From Bacteroidota bacterium (lineage in GTDB: Bacteria; Bacteroidota; Bacteroidia; AKYH767-A; OLB10), in the NCBI GenBank assembly GCA_031421935.1, contig JANOPQ010000185.1, positions 11,914 to 75,913 on the forward strand: a DNA stretch of 64,000 nt. Direction: 5' to 3'. Both the position numbers and the translations under genes were made by a program. Below, piece by piece: positions 1-10,110 of the stretch. Below the pieces are notes generated by a model. The model was not told the DNA's origin, ran no database searches, and was given only the letters and a program-made list of their open reading frames with translations. The first letter of the stretch is position 1; each line of letters opens with the position of its first letter.

Positions 1-1
1 T

Positions 2-3000
2 TTTTTTGATGCGAGTGGAAGTACCAATGGTCCCATTGCGAATTGGAATTGGAATTTTGGAGATGGGACAACCGATACCATTCAAAATCCTGTGCATACT
101 TATAATTTGCCAGGAACATATCCCGTAACTTTAATAGTTACTGATTCATTAGGTTGTAAGGATACGCTCATTCAAAATGTTTCTACGTTACCTGGTCCAG
201 TAAGTGATTTTAGTTATCTCTCCGCATGTGTGAATAGTCAAATTAATTTTACGGATGTGTCTACAGTTGCTGGAACCATTATATTGGATTGGGAATGGAA
301 TTTCGGTGATGCGAGTCCGTTAGTAACTGGAATTTCTAACCCTAATCATTTTTATCCTGGTCCTGGGACGTATAATACATCTCTTATCGTTACCACCGCA
401 AATGGTTGTAAGGATACTATTGTTAAACCAGTGGATGTTCAGTCAGTTCCCATAGCTGCCTTTAACAATACGCTTGCATGTGCGAATCAATTCACTCAAT
501 TTTCGGATGCTTCCGTTACGAATGTTGGAACGATTACCGCTTGGCAATGGAGTTTTGGTGATGGTAGTCAAGTAGCGCTCTCACAGAATCCAGTGCATGC
601 ATTTCCTCCCGGTAATTTTAATGTTCAATTAGTAGTTACTGGTTCTAATGGTTGCACCAACACCTTTATTCAAAATGTAAATGTTTTATCAGGGCCTACT
701 GCAAACTTTAGTTCTACTCCTGTTTGTCCAGGAAGTTCTTCCGCATTTAGTGATTTATCATTAAGCGGGGCTGGACTAATTAATTCCTGGGAGTGGAATT
801 TTGGAGATGGATCTACACTTACCAATGTAGTCAACCCACAACATATTTTTACAGGTGCCGGATCGTATGCTGTATCATTAGTAGTAGAAAGCACTAACGG
901 TTGTGCAGATACGACAACGATATCAATTGCTACGAATCCTATACCTAATGCTGATTATTTTATTCCAAATGGCTGTGTTAATGCTCCTTTATTTTTTCCT
1001 AACCAAAGTAACATTCCTGTAGGAGGAATTGCTGCTTATGAATGGAATTTCGATGATGGCTCTCCTCTGAGTGCGCAATCAAGTCCTACTCATCTTTTTT
1101 CTGCTGCCGGATCGTACTTTGTTTCCTTAGTCGCTATTAGTAATTTGGGCTGTAGAGATTCTATTGTACATGAAGTGATCGTAGTAGGTTTACCACAAGC
1201 CAACTTTTCTGTGAGCGATATTTGTCTCGGTGATTCTGCCATTTTCACAGATATCAGTTTTAATAATCAAGGTAGTATTTTGGATTGGCAATGGAACTAT
1301 GGAGATGGGTCGCCCGTCACGTTTGGTATTCCACAATCTAATCATACATATTCCGCTACAGGTCCCTATTTTCCTAGTTTGATTGTGATGAATAGTGCAG
1401 GATGTTTTGATACGATTCAAAAAGCCATCGTCGTGAAAGAATTGCCCATTCCATCTTTTAGCACTACGGGACCTTATTGCGTTGGTTCTTATTTTTCATT
1501 AACTAATACATCTACATTAAACGGTGGAGCTATTCAAAGCCAGCAGTGGACAAATTCTATTTTCGGAATGTATACCAGTCCAAATCCACAAGTTGTTTTT
1601 TCGCAAGCTGGAAACCATCTGATTAATTTGGTAGTTACTGGTACCAATGGATGTGTTGATTCTACAAATAGAAACGTGTTCGTGAATAATTTGCCAACTG
1701 CCGATATGACTTTGCAAAATGTGTGCGAGCTTGACAATTCACTCTTCTTGGATCAAAGTGTATCGGGCGCGCCAATAACTACTTGGACTTGGGCATTTGG
1801 AGATGGGGATTCTTCATTTATAAAAAATCCTACACATATCTATACGAATGATGGTACTTATGCTGTGACGCACCAAGTTGTTGATGCAAATGGCTGTAAG
1901 AAGGATACAGCTATGAACATTATCATTTTCCCTAAACCTTTCCCGCAATTTACCACTACCAATGAATGTGTAGGCAGTGCTTTTTCATTTCTAAATAGTT
2001 CTACAATTCCCAATGGATATTTAATTTCCAATTCATTTTGGAATTTCGGAGATGGGTCACCGTTAGATACGAATTATCATCCTAGTCATATTTTTCAAAC
2101 TACTGGAAATTATTTAATCACCTATGTAGCGGAAAGTGATAGAGGTTGTAGAGATACCATATTGGATTCCATCACTGTGTTTCCCTTGCCAAATGTATCC
2201 TTCACTTCAGATACTGTTTGCGAAGGAAATCTAACTACATTGAATAATACTTCCTCCATTGTGAATGGTAGTATTATCGGGTATGATTGGAGTTTCGGTG
2301 ATCAAACTACTTCAACGCAAACAGATCCCACACACATTTATCCTTCTGGTGGAATTCATTTCACTACCTTAGTAGCAACTAGTGATCGCGGCTGTATCGA
2401 TTCGCTTATACGAATCGTAAGAGTTTGGTGGCCACCGCAACCCCTGTTGCAAGCAGATGTTGTAGAAGGCTGCGAACCGCTCCCTGTTTTGATTGTAGAT
2501 TTATCGAATTCACCAGATGGATCCATTGTGAATTGGAATTGGGATTTTGGAAATGGAGATACCAGTTCATTGCAACATCCAAGCACTATTTACGAGGAGG
2601 ATGGATTGTATGATGTTCAGTTAAATGTGGTTTCGTCCTATGGATGCATCAACGATACCATATATTCGGAATATATTTTAGTACATCCATTACCGATAGC
2701 TTCTTTTCGGTACGATCCTAGTGAACCGAGTGTATTTATTCCTTTAGTTTATTTCTATGATCAAAGTGCATTGGCTACCGTTTGGCATTGGAATTTTGGT
2801 GATACTACTTTTTCTGCAGATCAAGATCCAACTCATAAGTATAAGAATCCCGGAGTGTATACGGTACAATTAATTATTGAAACCGAATTCGGATGCTTGG
2901 ATACCACCTGGGAAGTGATCGATATTAAAAAAGATTATGCTATCTGGATTCCAAGCGCGTTTACTCCTAATGGTGATGGTTATAACGAAACATTCATGGT

Positions 3001-3208
3001 GAAAGGATTTGGGTTTAGTCAATTCACTATGCAGATTTTTAATCGGTGGGGCGCACTGATTTTTACGAGTAATGAAGTAATTAAAGGCTGGGATGGAACT
3101 TATCAAGGAGCGGAAGCTCAACAAGATGTTTACGTGTACAAAATAGATATGAAAGATGATTTAGGGAATCCTCATACGTATACAGGTCGCGTTTCCATTG
3201 TACGTTAA
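2..3208 (+). CDS. PKD-repeat surface protein with T9SS type-B (gliding-motility-associated) C-terminal domain; 5' partial, continues upstream of window
   Basis: Reading frame is open from position 2 with no stop before the listed GTG at 92. At least 12 tandem ~85-aa repeats each carry the PKD signature (WxWxFGDGS...NPxHxY...G.Y.V.L). The final ~90 aa (IWIPSAFTPNGDGYNETF...YVYKIDMKD...GRVSIVR) match the type-B T9SS CTD. Confidence 0.85.
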   Translation, partial: FFDASGSTNGPIANWNWNFGDGTTDTIQNPVHTYNLPGTYPVTLIVTDSLGCKDTLIQNVSTLPGPVSDFSYLSACVNSQINFTDVSTVAGTIILDWEWNFGDASPLVTGISNPNHFYPGPGTYNTSLIVTTANGCKDTIVKPVDVQSVPIAAFNNTLACANQFTQFSDASVTNVGTITAWQWSFGDGSQVALSQNPVHAFPPGNFNVQLVVTGSNGCTNTFIQNVNVLSGPTANFSSTPVCPGSSSAFSDLSLSGAGLINSWEWNFGDGSTLTNVVNPQHIFTGAGSYAVSLVVESTNGCADTTTISIATNPIPNADYFIPNGCVNAPLFFPNQSNIPVGGIAAYEWNFDDGSPLSAQSSPTHLFSAAGSYFVSLVAISNLGCRDSIVHEVIVVGLPQANFSVSDICLGDSAIFTDISFNNQGSILDWQWNYGDGSPVTFGIPQSNHTYSATGPYFPSLIVMNSAGCFDTIQKAIVVKELPIPSFSTTGPYCVGSYFSLTNTSTLNGGAIQSQQWTNSIFGMYTSPNPQVVFSQAGNHLINLVVTGTNGCVDSTNRNVFVNNLPTADMTLQNVCELDNSLFLDQSVSGAPITTWTWAFGDGDSSFIKNPTHIYTNDGTYAVTHQVVDANGCKKDTAMNIIIFPKPFPQFTTTNECVGSAFSFLNSSTIPNGYLISNSFWNFGDGSPLDTNYHPSHIFQTTGNYLITYVAESDRGCRDTILDSITVFPLPNVSFTSDTVCEGNLTTLNNTSSIVNGSIIGYDWSFGDQTTSTQTDPTHIYPSGGIHFTTLVATSDRGCIDSLIRIVRVWWPPQPLLQADVVEGCEPLPVLIVDLSNSPDGSIVNWNWDFGNGDTSSLQHPSTIYEEDGLYDVQLNVVSSYGCINDTIYSEYILVHPLPIASFRYDPSEPSVFIPLVYFYDQSALATVWHWNFGDTTFSADQDPTHKYKNPGVYTVQLIIETEFGCLDTTWEVIDIKKDYAIWIPSAFTPNGDGYNETFMVKGFGFSQFTMQIFNRWGALIFTSNEVIKGWDGTYQGAEAQQDVYVYKIDMKDDLGNPHTYTGRVSIVR

Positions 3209-3224
3209 TTCGATTTTAGAAATT

Positions 3225-4082
3225 TTAAAAAAGATGAATAGACCATTTATATTGGTAATTCTCGCCGGCATCTAAACTATGTATTCCTTCTTTCTCAGCA
3301 ATTTCTCCTGTAGCTTGAACGCTATCTGCAATTCCTTGCCAAGGTTCAATGCATAAAAAGTCAGCACCCTTCGCAGCCCACAAACCAAGATAGGGACAAG
3401 AGTTCACCGTTACAGTTAATCCATGCTGATGTTTGTTTGAACGTAAATGGATTTGTTGGGAATTTATTTTTTTAAACACTAAGGCATCGTTAGAAAATAG
3501 TTCTTTTGTAAGATGAATTTTTTGAGAATTGAAAAATGGAGTAGGAGCAACGTCAATCAATCCATCTTTTAAAGGCCAACGTCCCGATTGTTCTTCTTGA
3601 TCAAACTCTAAATAATAATCATCATAATTATCTCGTAAATCAAGAGGAACACGAAAGGCAGGATGCGCACCTACCGAAAAATACATTTTTTCAGTTCCGG
3701 TATTTGTCACTGAATAGGTAATAATTATTTCAGAGTCGATTAACTGATAAAGAATATCGAAATGAAAAGCGAATGGATACTTTTTTCGTGTGCTCTCATC
3801 GTCCGACAAACGAAAAATAACTTGGTGGTCTTGTTGCTCAATCACTGAAAATATTTTTTCTCTAGCAAACCCATGTCTAGGCAAACTATATTTATTTTGC
3901 TGATGGATGTATTCATTATTCTTTAACTGCCCCACAATAGGAAACAATACCGGAGAATGTTTCGCCCAAGCCGCACCTTGCCAAATATATTCTAGTCGAT
4001 GTTGCTTATGATACAAGCTGCAAAGCTCTGCTCCGAATGGCAACACCACAATTTTTACTTTTTCGTTCTCTAAAAACACCAT
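3225..4082 (-). CDS. aldose 1-epimerase family protein (galactose mutarotase-like)
   Basis: 285 aa. FSVGAHPAFRVP motif and overall mutarotase-like pattern (YxW, HGFAR). Confidence 0.6.
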   Translation of the reverse strand: MVFLENEKVKIVVLPFGAELCSLYHKQHRLEYIWQGAAWAKHSPVLFPIVGQLKNNEYIHQQNKYSLPRHGFAREKIFSVIEQQDHQVIFRLSDDESTRKKYPFAFHFDILYQLIDSEIIITYSVTNTGTEKMYFSVGAHPAFRVPLDLRDNYDDYYLEFDQEEQSGRWPLKDGLIDVAPTPFFNSQKIHLTKELFSNDALVFKKINSQQIHLRSNKHQHGLTVTVNSCPYLGLWAAKGADFLCIEPWQGIADSVQATGEIAEKEGIHSLDAGENYQYKWSIHLF

Positions 4083-4245
4083 GTTCCTTCTCTCTTTTCG
4101 TAATTATCTTATTGTATAAATTTCTTTATTTGAATTGATTCTCTTTTATTGGTGTATTGGTGTATTGCAAAATGAGAGGATAAATTTCGTACTTTTCGCA
4201 TTTAGTGTTAATTCGTTTTTCGCGTCAAATAAGTACTAAGGATAC

Positions 4246-5688
4246 CTAAAGTTTTATACAAACGTTCTTTTCCTCCGTAAAGAAATTCAACGCCTCAAAT
4301 CCACCTTCTCTTCCTACACCAGATGATTTCACACCTCCGAAAGGCGTTCTTAAGTCGCGCAAGAGCCAACAATTGATCCAAACGATTCCGCTGTGTAATT
4401 TAGCGGCTACATGATGCGCTTTGGTAAGATGTTGGGTCCACACAGAAGCCGCTAATCCGTAATTGGTACTGTTCGCATAACTCAATACTTCTTCTTCTGT
4501 ATCGAACGGTTGTAGTGTTACTACCGGACCAAATATTTCTTCCTGATTGGTTCGGCAATCATGCGGAAGTCCTTCGATGATGGTGGGTGCAATGAAATAC
4601 CCCTCTGCAAACTCACCCTCTAACTGAACTCGGTTTCCTCCGTGTAGAATTTTACCGCCTTCTTTTTGTGCTAACTCAATATAGGATAGGATTTTTTCCA
4701 TGTGTGGTTTTGAGACAATAGCTCCCAACCAATTTTTGTCATCGGAAGGATCTCCGACCTTGAGTTTTTTTACTTCTTCTAAAAATGCAAGTTTAAATTT
4801 ATCATACAATGGTCTTTCAATAAAAATACGTGAACCACATAAACAAATTTCGCCTTGATTGGCAAATGAAGAACGTACTGTTGTTTTCACAGCTTTTTCA
4901 AAATCACAATCCGCGAAAATAATATTTGGATTTTTCCCTCCTAACTCTAAGGATAATTTTTTAAACATCGGCGCAGCTACTCGAGCAATATGTTCTCCGG
5001 TTTTGGTTCCGCCAGTAAATGATATCGCTTGAATTTTTGGGTGAGCAACAATGGCAGATCCTACTTTCGTTCCCAATCCGTGAACAATGTTCAGAACCCC
5101 TGCTGGAATTCCTGCTTCAATCGCTAATTCGGAAAGCAAATAGGCTGTCATGGGTGTTATTTCACTGGGCTTGGCTACCACACAATTTCCAGAAGCTAAG
5201 GCAGGCGCAATTTTCCATGAGAATAAATACAGAGGTAAATTCCACGGAGAAATACATCCTGCAATTCCTATTGGAGTTCTGAGTGTATAATTTAAGGCTA
5301 CATCACCCATCGAATGTGTTTCTGTGCTTTGATGCAATGCAGCCGTTGCATAAAAATGAAAATTGTCAACAGCTCTTGGAATATCTACCGTTCGTGCTAA
5401 CCATACCGGCTTACCGTTGTCAACAGATTCGGCAACTGCAAATTTTTCTAGATTTTTTTCGATTAATTCACTTAATCGAATTAATAACGCTGAACGTTTT
5501 TGTGTTGGCAATGCACTCCATATCGGAAAGGCGTCTTGTGCTGCTTTTACCGCGAGCTCAACATCTTGCTCATCACTATCTGGAATCAAACTATACACCT
5601 TTCCAGTTGAAGGATTGTAGTTGTCGAGATAATTTCCAGACATGGGCTCAACTAAAACGCCGTTGATATAATTTTTAATTTTTTGCAT
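4246..5688 (-). CDS. NAD(P)-dependent aldehyde dehydrogenase
   Basis: 480 aa. ALDH signatures LELGGKNP and catalytic-Cys motif FANQGEICLCGSRIF, plus a Rossmann GxxxxG (FTGGTKTG). Confidence 0.85.
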   Translation of the reverse strand: MQKIKNYINGVLVEPMSGNYLDNYNPSTGKVYSLIPDSDEQDVELAVKAAQDAFPIWSALPTQKRSALLIRLSELIEKNLEKFAVAESVDNGKPVWLARTVDIPRAVDNFHFYATAALHQSTETHSMGDVALNYTLRTPIGIAGCISPWNLPLYLFSWKIAPALASGNCVVAKPSEITPMTAYLLSELAIEAGIPAGVLNIVHGLGTKVGSAIVAHPKIQAISFTGGTKTGEHIARVAAPMFKKLSLELGGKNPNIIFADCDFEKAVKTTVRSSFANQGEICLCGSRIFIERPLYDKFKLAFLEEVKKLKVGDPSDDKNWLGAIVSKPHMEKILSYIELAQKEGGKILHGGNRVQLEGEFAEGYFIAPTIIEGLPHDCRTNQEEIFGPVVTLQPFDTEEEVLSYANSTNYGLAASVWTQHLTKAHHVAAKLHSGIVWINCWLLRDLRTPFGGVKSSGVGREGGFEALNFFTEEKNVCIKL

Positions 5689-5860
5689 TGAAATTTAAGT
5701 AGTATTATTTCCTTTCAACTGAGATACACAGGACTCCAACATGTAGAGATGTGCAGTTTTCAGCGTTGTAAAAGTATGAATTTCAGCCCATGTTTTTTTG
5801 CTTGTAGGATCAAAAAGGAATTGTTATCTTGCGTTAAACTAAGCAAAACCCTCCCCTTAC

Positions 5861-8509
5861 ATGTTTGGTATTCAATTAGACAGGTTATCAAATCTGTTGA
5901 ATAGATTTCTGTCATCGCACATTAAGCTAAAAAAGGAATCCGTTATTGGTTTTTTTATCTTCTTGTATGCATTCTTTGCTCCAGTGGTGGCCTATTCGCA
6001 ATTGCATGATACGGTAAAGGTGGCTGCCTACAATTTATTAAAATACCCCGATATAAGTTCAGTGTCTGCATCAGCTGCAGATACTACACTTCGTCATCCC
6101 TTTTATAGAACTGCTATTACAGCAATAAATCCAGATATTTTAGTGGTGGAGGAGGTTCAATCAACAGCAGGATTTAATTGGTTTTTGAATGGTGTGATGA
6201 ATAGTACTACGCTACAATATGGTGCTGCTACTTTTGTGAATGGTCCAGATACTGATGCTGGTCTCTATTATAAGATATCAAAATTTCAATTTATTAATTC
6301 CAAAACGATTGTTACTAATTTAAGAAATATCTATGAATTTAAGTTGGTGCATATAGCTTCAGGTGATACGTTAAGAGTTTATGCTGTTCATTTAAAAGCA
6401 AGTTCAGGTTCGGTGGAGGAACAAATTCGTACTGCCGAAGTAGATAGTTTACGAAAAGTGACTAATGCATTATTACCAGGTTCTAATTTTGTGGTAATGG
6501 GTGATTTTAATATTTATTCAAGCAGTGAACCAGCATATCAAAAGTTGCTACTTGATCAATCAGGGAACGAAGGCCATTTTATTGACATGATTAATATTAC
6601 GGGCATCTGGAATAATGCTGCCTATTCGATTTATCATACACAGTCAACAAGGACTCGACTATTTGGCGCAGGTGTTGAAGGTGGATTGGATGATCGATTT
6701 GATATGATTCTATATTCGCAAGCCATTTCTCTTGCTGGCGGAATGGAAGTAGTCCCCAATTCTTTGGTGGCTTTTGGTAATGATGGAAATCATTATAATG
6801 ATTCATTGAATCATCCTACTAATACGTTTGCAAGTCCAACCATCATTAATGCTTTATACAATGCATCCGATCACTTGCCTGTAACGATGAAATTTACATT
6901 CCCCATTTCTTTAGGTGGTGATGTAGGTGTGACAGCGCTGCTAACAAATGGTTCGTATTGCCCTTCTAACAATAGAACGATACAGTTGAAAGTTCATAAT
7001 TTTGCATCCAGTACCCTTAATTTTAGTTCTTCATTAGTTACCGTAAATGCATCTATCAAAAATCCGAATAATGTGACAGAGACATTTAATCTTTTACTTA
7101 GTTCAGGTTCACTTGCACCCGGACAAGATACTATTGTAACATTAGGAATAAATTATTCGGCAACTGTACCTGGTTCTTATTTGGTAAATGCATCTACTAG
7201 TTTAACGGGTGATGTAAATAATACCAACAATGCAATGGCACAAAGTTCTTTTTCTATCCTCAGTGGCGGATTAGCTAACGTTTCTCCTGCTGGACCATTA
7301 CAAATATGTTCAGGTAATGCCGTAACATTAACGGTTAGTTATGGAATAAGTTATTTGTGGTCTACAGGTGCTACTACTTCTAGTATTTACGTGAGTGCTG
7401 CAGGTTCGTATAGCGTTAGTGTAACTTCTGCTGGTGGATGTGTGTCTACAAGTAATATCGTTACTGTAAGCATTGGATCAACTCCTCTTTTGCAAAACTT
7501 ATTTTCTGAAAGCATGGGAATTACTACAGGTACTATTCCTATTGCTACCCACGAAAATGCAAATGGATTTCAGAATGTAGCGTTCACGATGTCGGGTACT
7601 GCAGACGTACGCATCACACAAACTTCGAGTAGCTATGCAGGAGCAAGTGCAGGATCAAACATTTTCATCACAAATATTGTGGGAAGATATTTCACGATCT
7701 CAGGAATCAATACCCTAAATTCAAATAGCATGGAAGTTAGTTTTGGAATGTATAAAAGTACGACTGCCAGTACAGGCCAAGAATTGAAAGTTCAAGTGAG
7801 TACTGACAATATTAATTTTACGGATTTGTCTTTTCCTGTGATTACCGGAGGTTCAGGATGGTATTTACGTACGGCCACCGGTTCAATTCCTAAATCTACT
7901 CATCTGCATTTGCGGTTTTATCAATCAACTGTAGCCGCACAATACCGAATTGATGATGTAATTTTTAAACACATTCCTGATCCCACCATTACGGCTTCCG
8001 ATACCATTATTTGTCCGGGCGATTCGGTGTTGTTAACTGCTACTTCCGGAAATAGTTATTTGTGGAGTACTGGCGCCACTACATCCAGCATTTTCGTTTA
8101 TGGGGCAGGAAGTTATTCGGTTACCATTGATTGTGGTAACGCTTCGCCAGTGGTTATTCAAAATTGTGCAGGATCCACAGTGCTTACTGTTAAATGCATG
8201 ATCGAAGGATCTTATGTTCTTAATGGCGAATTGACACCTCGACTCTATAACGTTGGCGCCACTACGAATAACTTACTTTGTGATACCGTACAGCTTCAAT
8301 GGAGAAATGCTACTGCACCTTATGCTCTCGTTCAATCGACGCAAGCCGTTATGGACATCTTCGGAAATTTTTCAGTTCCCGTGCCGGTAGGTTTATTAAA
8401 TCAATCGTATTATTTAGTAGTAAGACAATTGTCCTCTATAGAAACCTGGAGCAAATTACCCGTGATGATGAGCGGTACAACTATCTTTTACGATTTTAGC
8501 ACACCATAA
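5861..8509 (+). CDS. secreted endonuclease/exonuclease/phosphatase (EEP)-family protein with SprB-like Ig repeats
   Basis: N-terminal hydrophobic signal-like segment. EEP motifs (VKVAAYNLL, VMGDFNIYS, DHLPVTMKF). Two internal copies of the SprB-like repeat (C.G..V.L......SYLWSTGATTSSI.V..AGSYSV.V). No T9SS CTD recognised at the C-terminus. Confidence 0.6.
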   Translation: MFGIQLDRLSNLLNRFLSSHIKLKKESVIGFFIFLYAFFAPVVAYSQLHDTVKVAAYNLLKYPDISSVSASAADTTLRHPFYRTAITAINPDILVVEEVQSTAGFNWFLNGVMNSTTLQYGAATFVNGPDTDAGLYYKISKFQFINSKTIVTNLRNIYEFKLVHIASGDTLRVYAVHLKASSGSVEEQIRTAEVDSLRKVTNALLPGSNFVVMGDFNIYSSSEPAYQKLLLDQSGNEGHFIDMINITGIWNNAAYSIYHTQSTRTRLFGAGVEGGLDDRFDMILYSQAISLAGGMEVVPNSLVAFGNDGNHYNDSLNHPTNTFASPTIINALYNASDHLPVTMKFTFPISLGGDVGVTALLTNGSYCPSNNRTIQLKVHNFASSTLNFSSSLVTVNASIKNPNNVTETFNLLLSSGSLAPGQDTIVTLGINYSATVPGSYLVNASTSLTGDVNNTNNAMAQSSFSILSGGLANVSPAGPLQICSGNAVTLTVSYGISYLWSTGATTSSIYVSAAGSYSVSVTSAGGCVSTSNIVTVSIGSTPLLQNLFSESMGITTGTIPIATHENANGFQNVAFTMSGTADVRITQTSSSYAGASAGSNIFITNIVGRYFTISGINTLNSNSMEVSFGMYKSTTASTGQELKVQVSTDNINFTDLSFPVITGGSGWYLRTATGSIPKSTHLHLRFYQSTVAAQYRIDDVIFKHIPDPTITASDTIICPGDSVLLTATSGNSYLWSTGATTSSIFVYGAGSYSVTIDCGNASPVVIQNCAGSTVLTVKCMIEGSYVLNGELTPRLYNVGATTNNLLCDTVQLQWRNATAPYALVQSTQAVMDIFGNFSVPVPVGLLNQSYYLVVRQLSSIETWSKLPVMMSGTTIFYDFSTP

Positions 8510-8518
8510 AAACTAAAT

Positions 8519-8962
8519 TTATTTACAGTCGCATTTAACTTCGTTTTCTAAATCAATCACAGTAACAATACTTGCTTGTGTATTACAATTTCCAACAATG
8601 ATACGCACATGCTGTCCATCATGCGTATTTCCTTCTACTGCATACTTAGGGCAAGGTTTAGATTTCATATCGCTTTTTGAATAATTGATTTCTCCCGTTT
8701 GTAAAATTTCTTTTACTTCTGATTCATCAATGCTGCGGCAATCCATCCGACATTTTGCATGCTTCGTGTAGTAAATTTGTTGATGACGAAAAGTAGCTTC
8801 GCGATGGTCGCGTTGGTTTCGCTGAGAAGTATTTTCTTTTTTGGGATTTTCGAAATCTTTACTGCTTCGATCACAACCTTCGAAGTATAAAATAAAATAG
8901 AGAATCAATAGAATTCCTAGTACGATTAAAGAACCAATATTTTTTTTCTTCGACACACCCAT
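8519..8962 (-). CDS. DUF4258-like domain protein with lipoprotein-type signal peptide
   Basis: Start taken at the internal Met (MGVSKKKNIG...), which removes the overlap with the upstream SDR gene. Hydrophobic h-region (LIVLGILLILYFILYF) is followed by Cys. C-terminal region (YTKHAKCRMDCRSIDESEVKEIL...GQHVRIIVG...IVTVIDL) resembles DUF4258. Confidence 0.45.
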   Translation of the reverse strand: MGVSKKKNIGSLIVLGILLILYFILYFEGCDRSSKDFENPKKENTSQRNQRDHREATFRHQQIYYTKHAKCRMDCRSIDESEVKEILQTGEINYSKSDMKSKPCPKYAVEGNTHDGQHVRIIVGNCNTQASIVTVIDLENEVKCDCK

Positions 8963-8981
8963 CTTCCTATTCACACAACAA

Positions 8982-9773
8982 CTATAAACACGATGTTCTT
9001 CCGCCATCTACCGGAAGATTGATTCCAGTAATGTAAGACGCCGCGGGAGAAGCTAAAAAAGCAATGGCATTCGCAATCTCTGAAGGATCAGCAAAGCGAC
9101 CCATCGGAATTTCACTTTCCATTTCATGGGTGATAGTATCTTCTGTATTACCTGAATTTTTTGATTTGTTGGAAATGATACTTTGCAAACGTTGTGTTGA
9201 AGTAGCTCCCGGTAAAACATTATTAACGGTGATTCCAAATGATGCCACTTCGCTGGCTAATGTCTTCGACCAATTGGCAACAGCAGCTCTGATAGTATTG
9301 GAAACGCCTAATCCTTTCAATGGTTGTTTAACAGAAGTACTAATTACATTAATGATACGACCGTACTTTTCTTTCTTCATCCCATCTAACAAAGCCTGAG
9401 CTAAAATGTGATTGCATAGTAAATGATTGGAAAAAGCAGAAACAAATTCTTCCGTTTTTGCTTGAGCAATAGTACCTGCAGGTGGTCCGCCCGTATTATT
9501 AACTAGGATATGAATGGGATTATTGGCTTTTATATATCCGTCTAAAATAGATTTCAATTGATCGGGATTTGCAAAATCAGCAACTAGATAGGAGTGGTGC
9601 TGACTCTCGGCTTTATGAAGAGTTGCTACAACTTCTTTCAATTTCTCTTCATTTCGAGCCAATAAAATCACATGAGCACCCAATAACGAGAGTTGTGTGG
9701 CGGCCGCAAAACCAATCCCTTGTGTACTACCACAAACCAATGCGGTTTTGCCTTGTAAGTTTAGATCCATCAT
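8982..9773 (-). CDS. SDR-family oxidoreductase (3-oxoacyl-ACP reductase-like)
   Basis: TALVCGSTQGIGFAAA cofactor-binding motif, NNTG segment, and the SDR catalytic region. Confidence 0.85.
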   Translation of the reverse strand: MMDLNLQGKTALVCGSTQGIGFAAATQLSLLGAHVILLARNEEKLKEVVATLHKAESQHHSYLVADFANPDQLKSILDGYIKANNPIHILVNNTGGPPAGTIAQAKTEEFVSAFSNHLLCNHILAQALLDGMKKEKYGRIINVISTSVKQPLKGLGVSNTIRAAVANWSKTLASEVASFGITVNNVLPGATSTQRLQSIISNKSKNSGNTEDTITHEMESEIPMGRFADPSEIANAIAFLASPAASYITGINLPVDGGRTSCL

Positions 9774-9838
9774 ATTGCGAAGATATTATTATTTAGGCAG
9801 AATAATACCTATGACAATTGGATGCTAGCTTAATTATT

Positions 9839-10110
9839 TTAATTGTACAGGCGGTATATCTTGATAATAAGTTTAAAAGTTATGATAAGTTTCAAGATCA
9901 TTCGATTTTTCAAATGAAACGAATTTGTATTAAAAACAAAATTTTCATTTTTTACCACAGAGTCACGGATTACACAGATGTTCACGGAGTGTGTGTAATA
10001 CCAATTGAATACTATTCTACCTCCCAAAATTTTATATGTACAGACGGTATAACTTGATAATTAGATTAAAAGTTATGGTAAGTATCCAGATCATTTGAAA
10101 ATAGTGATTT
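9839..10110. repeat. imperfect ~75-bp direct repeat, two copies ~195 bp apart, in the SDR / 3-hydroxyanthranilate dioxygenase intergenic region
   Basis: tgtacaggcggtatatcttgataataagtttaaaagttatgataagtttcaagatcatt (9845-) versus tgtacagacggtataacttgataattagattaaaagttatggtaagtatccagatcatt (10037-). A GC-rich hairpin-rich island follows at 10130-10290. Confidence 0.7.

Noticed and set aside
5019-5666. Three plus-strand ORFs (85-127 aa) inside the aldehyde dehydrogenase gene
   Set aside because: They are antisense to a strongly supported ALDH CDS with intact motifs and have no independent support.
9818-10057. 79-aa and 62-aa ORFs on opposite strands
   Set aside because: They span the intergenic direct repeats and are AT-rich, low complexity and mutually overlapping, so they are most likely non-coding.
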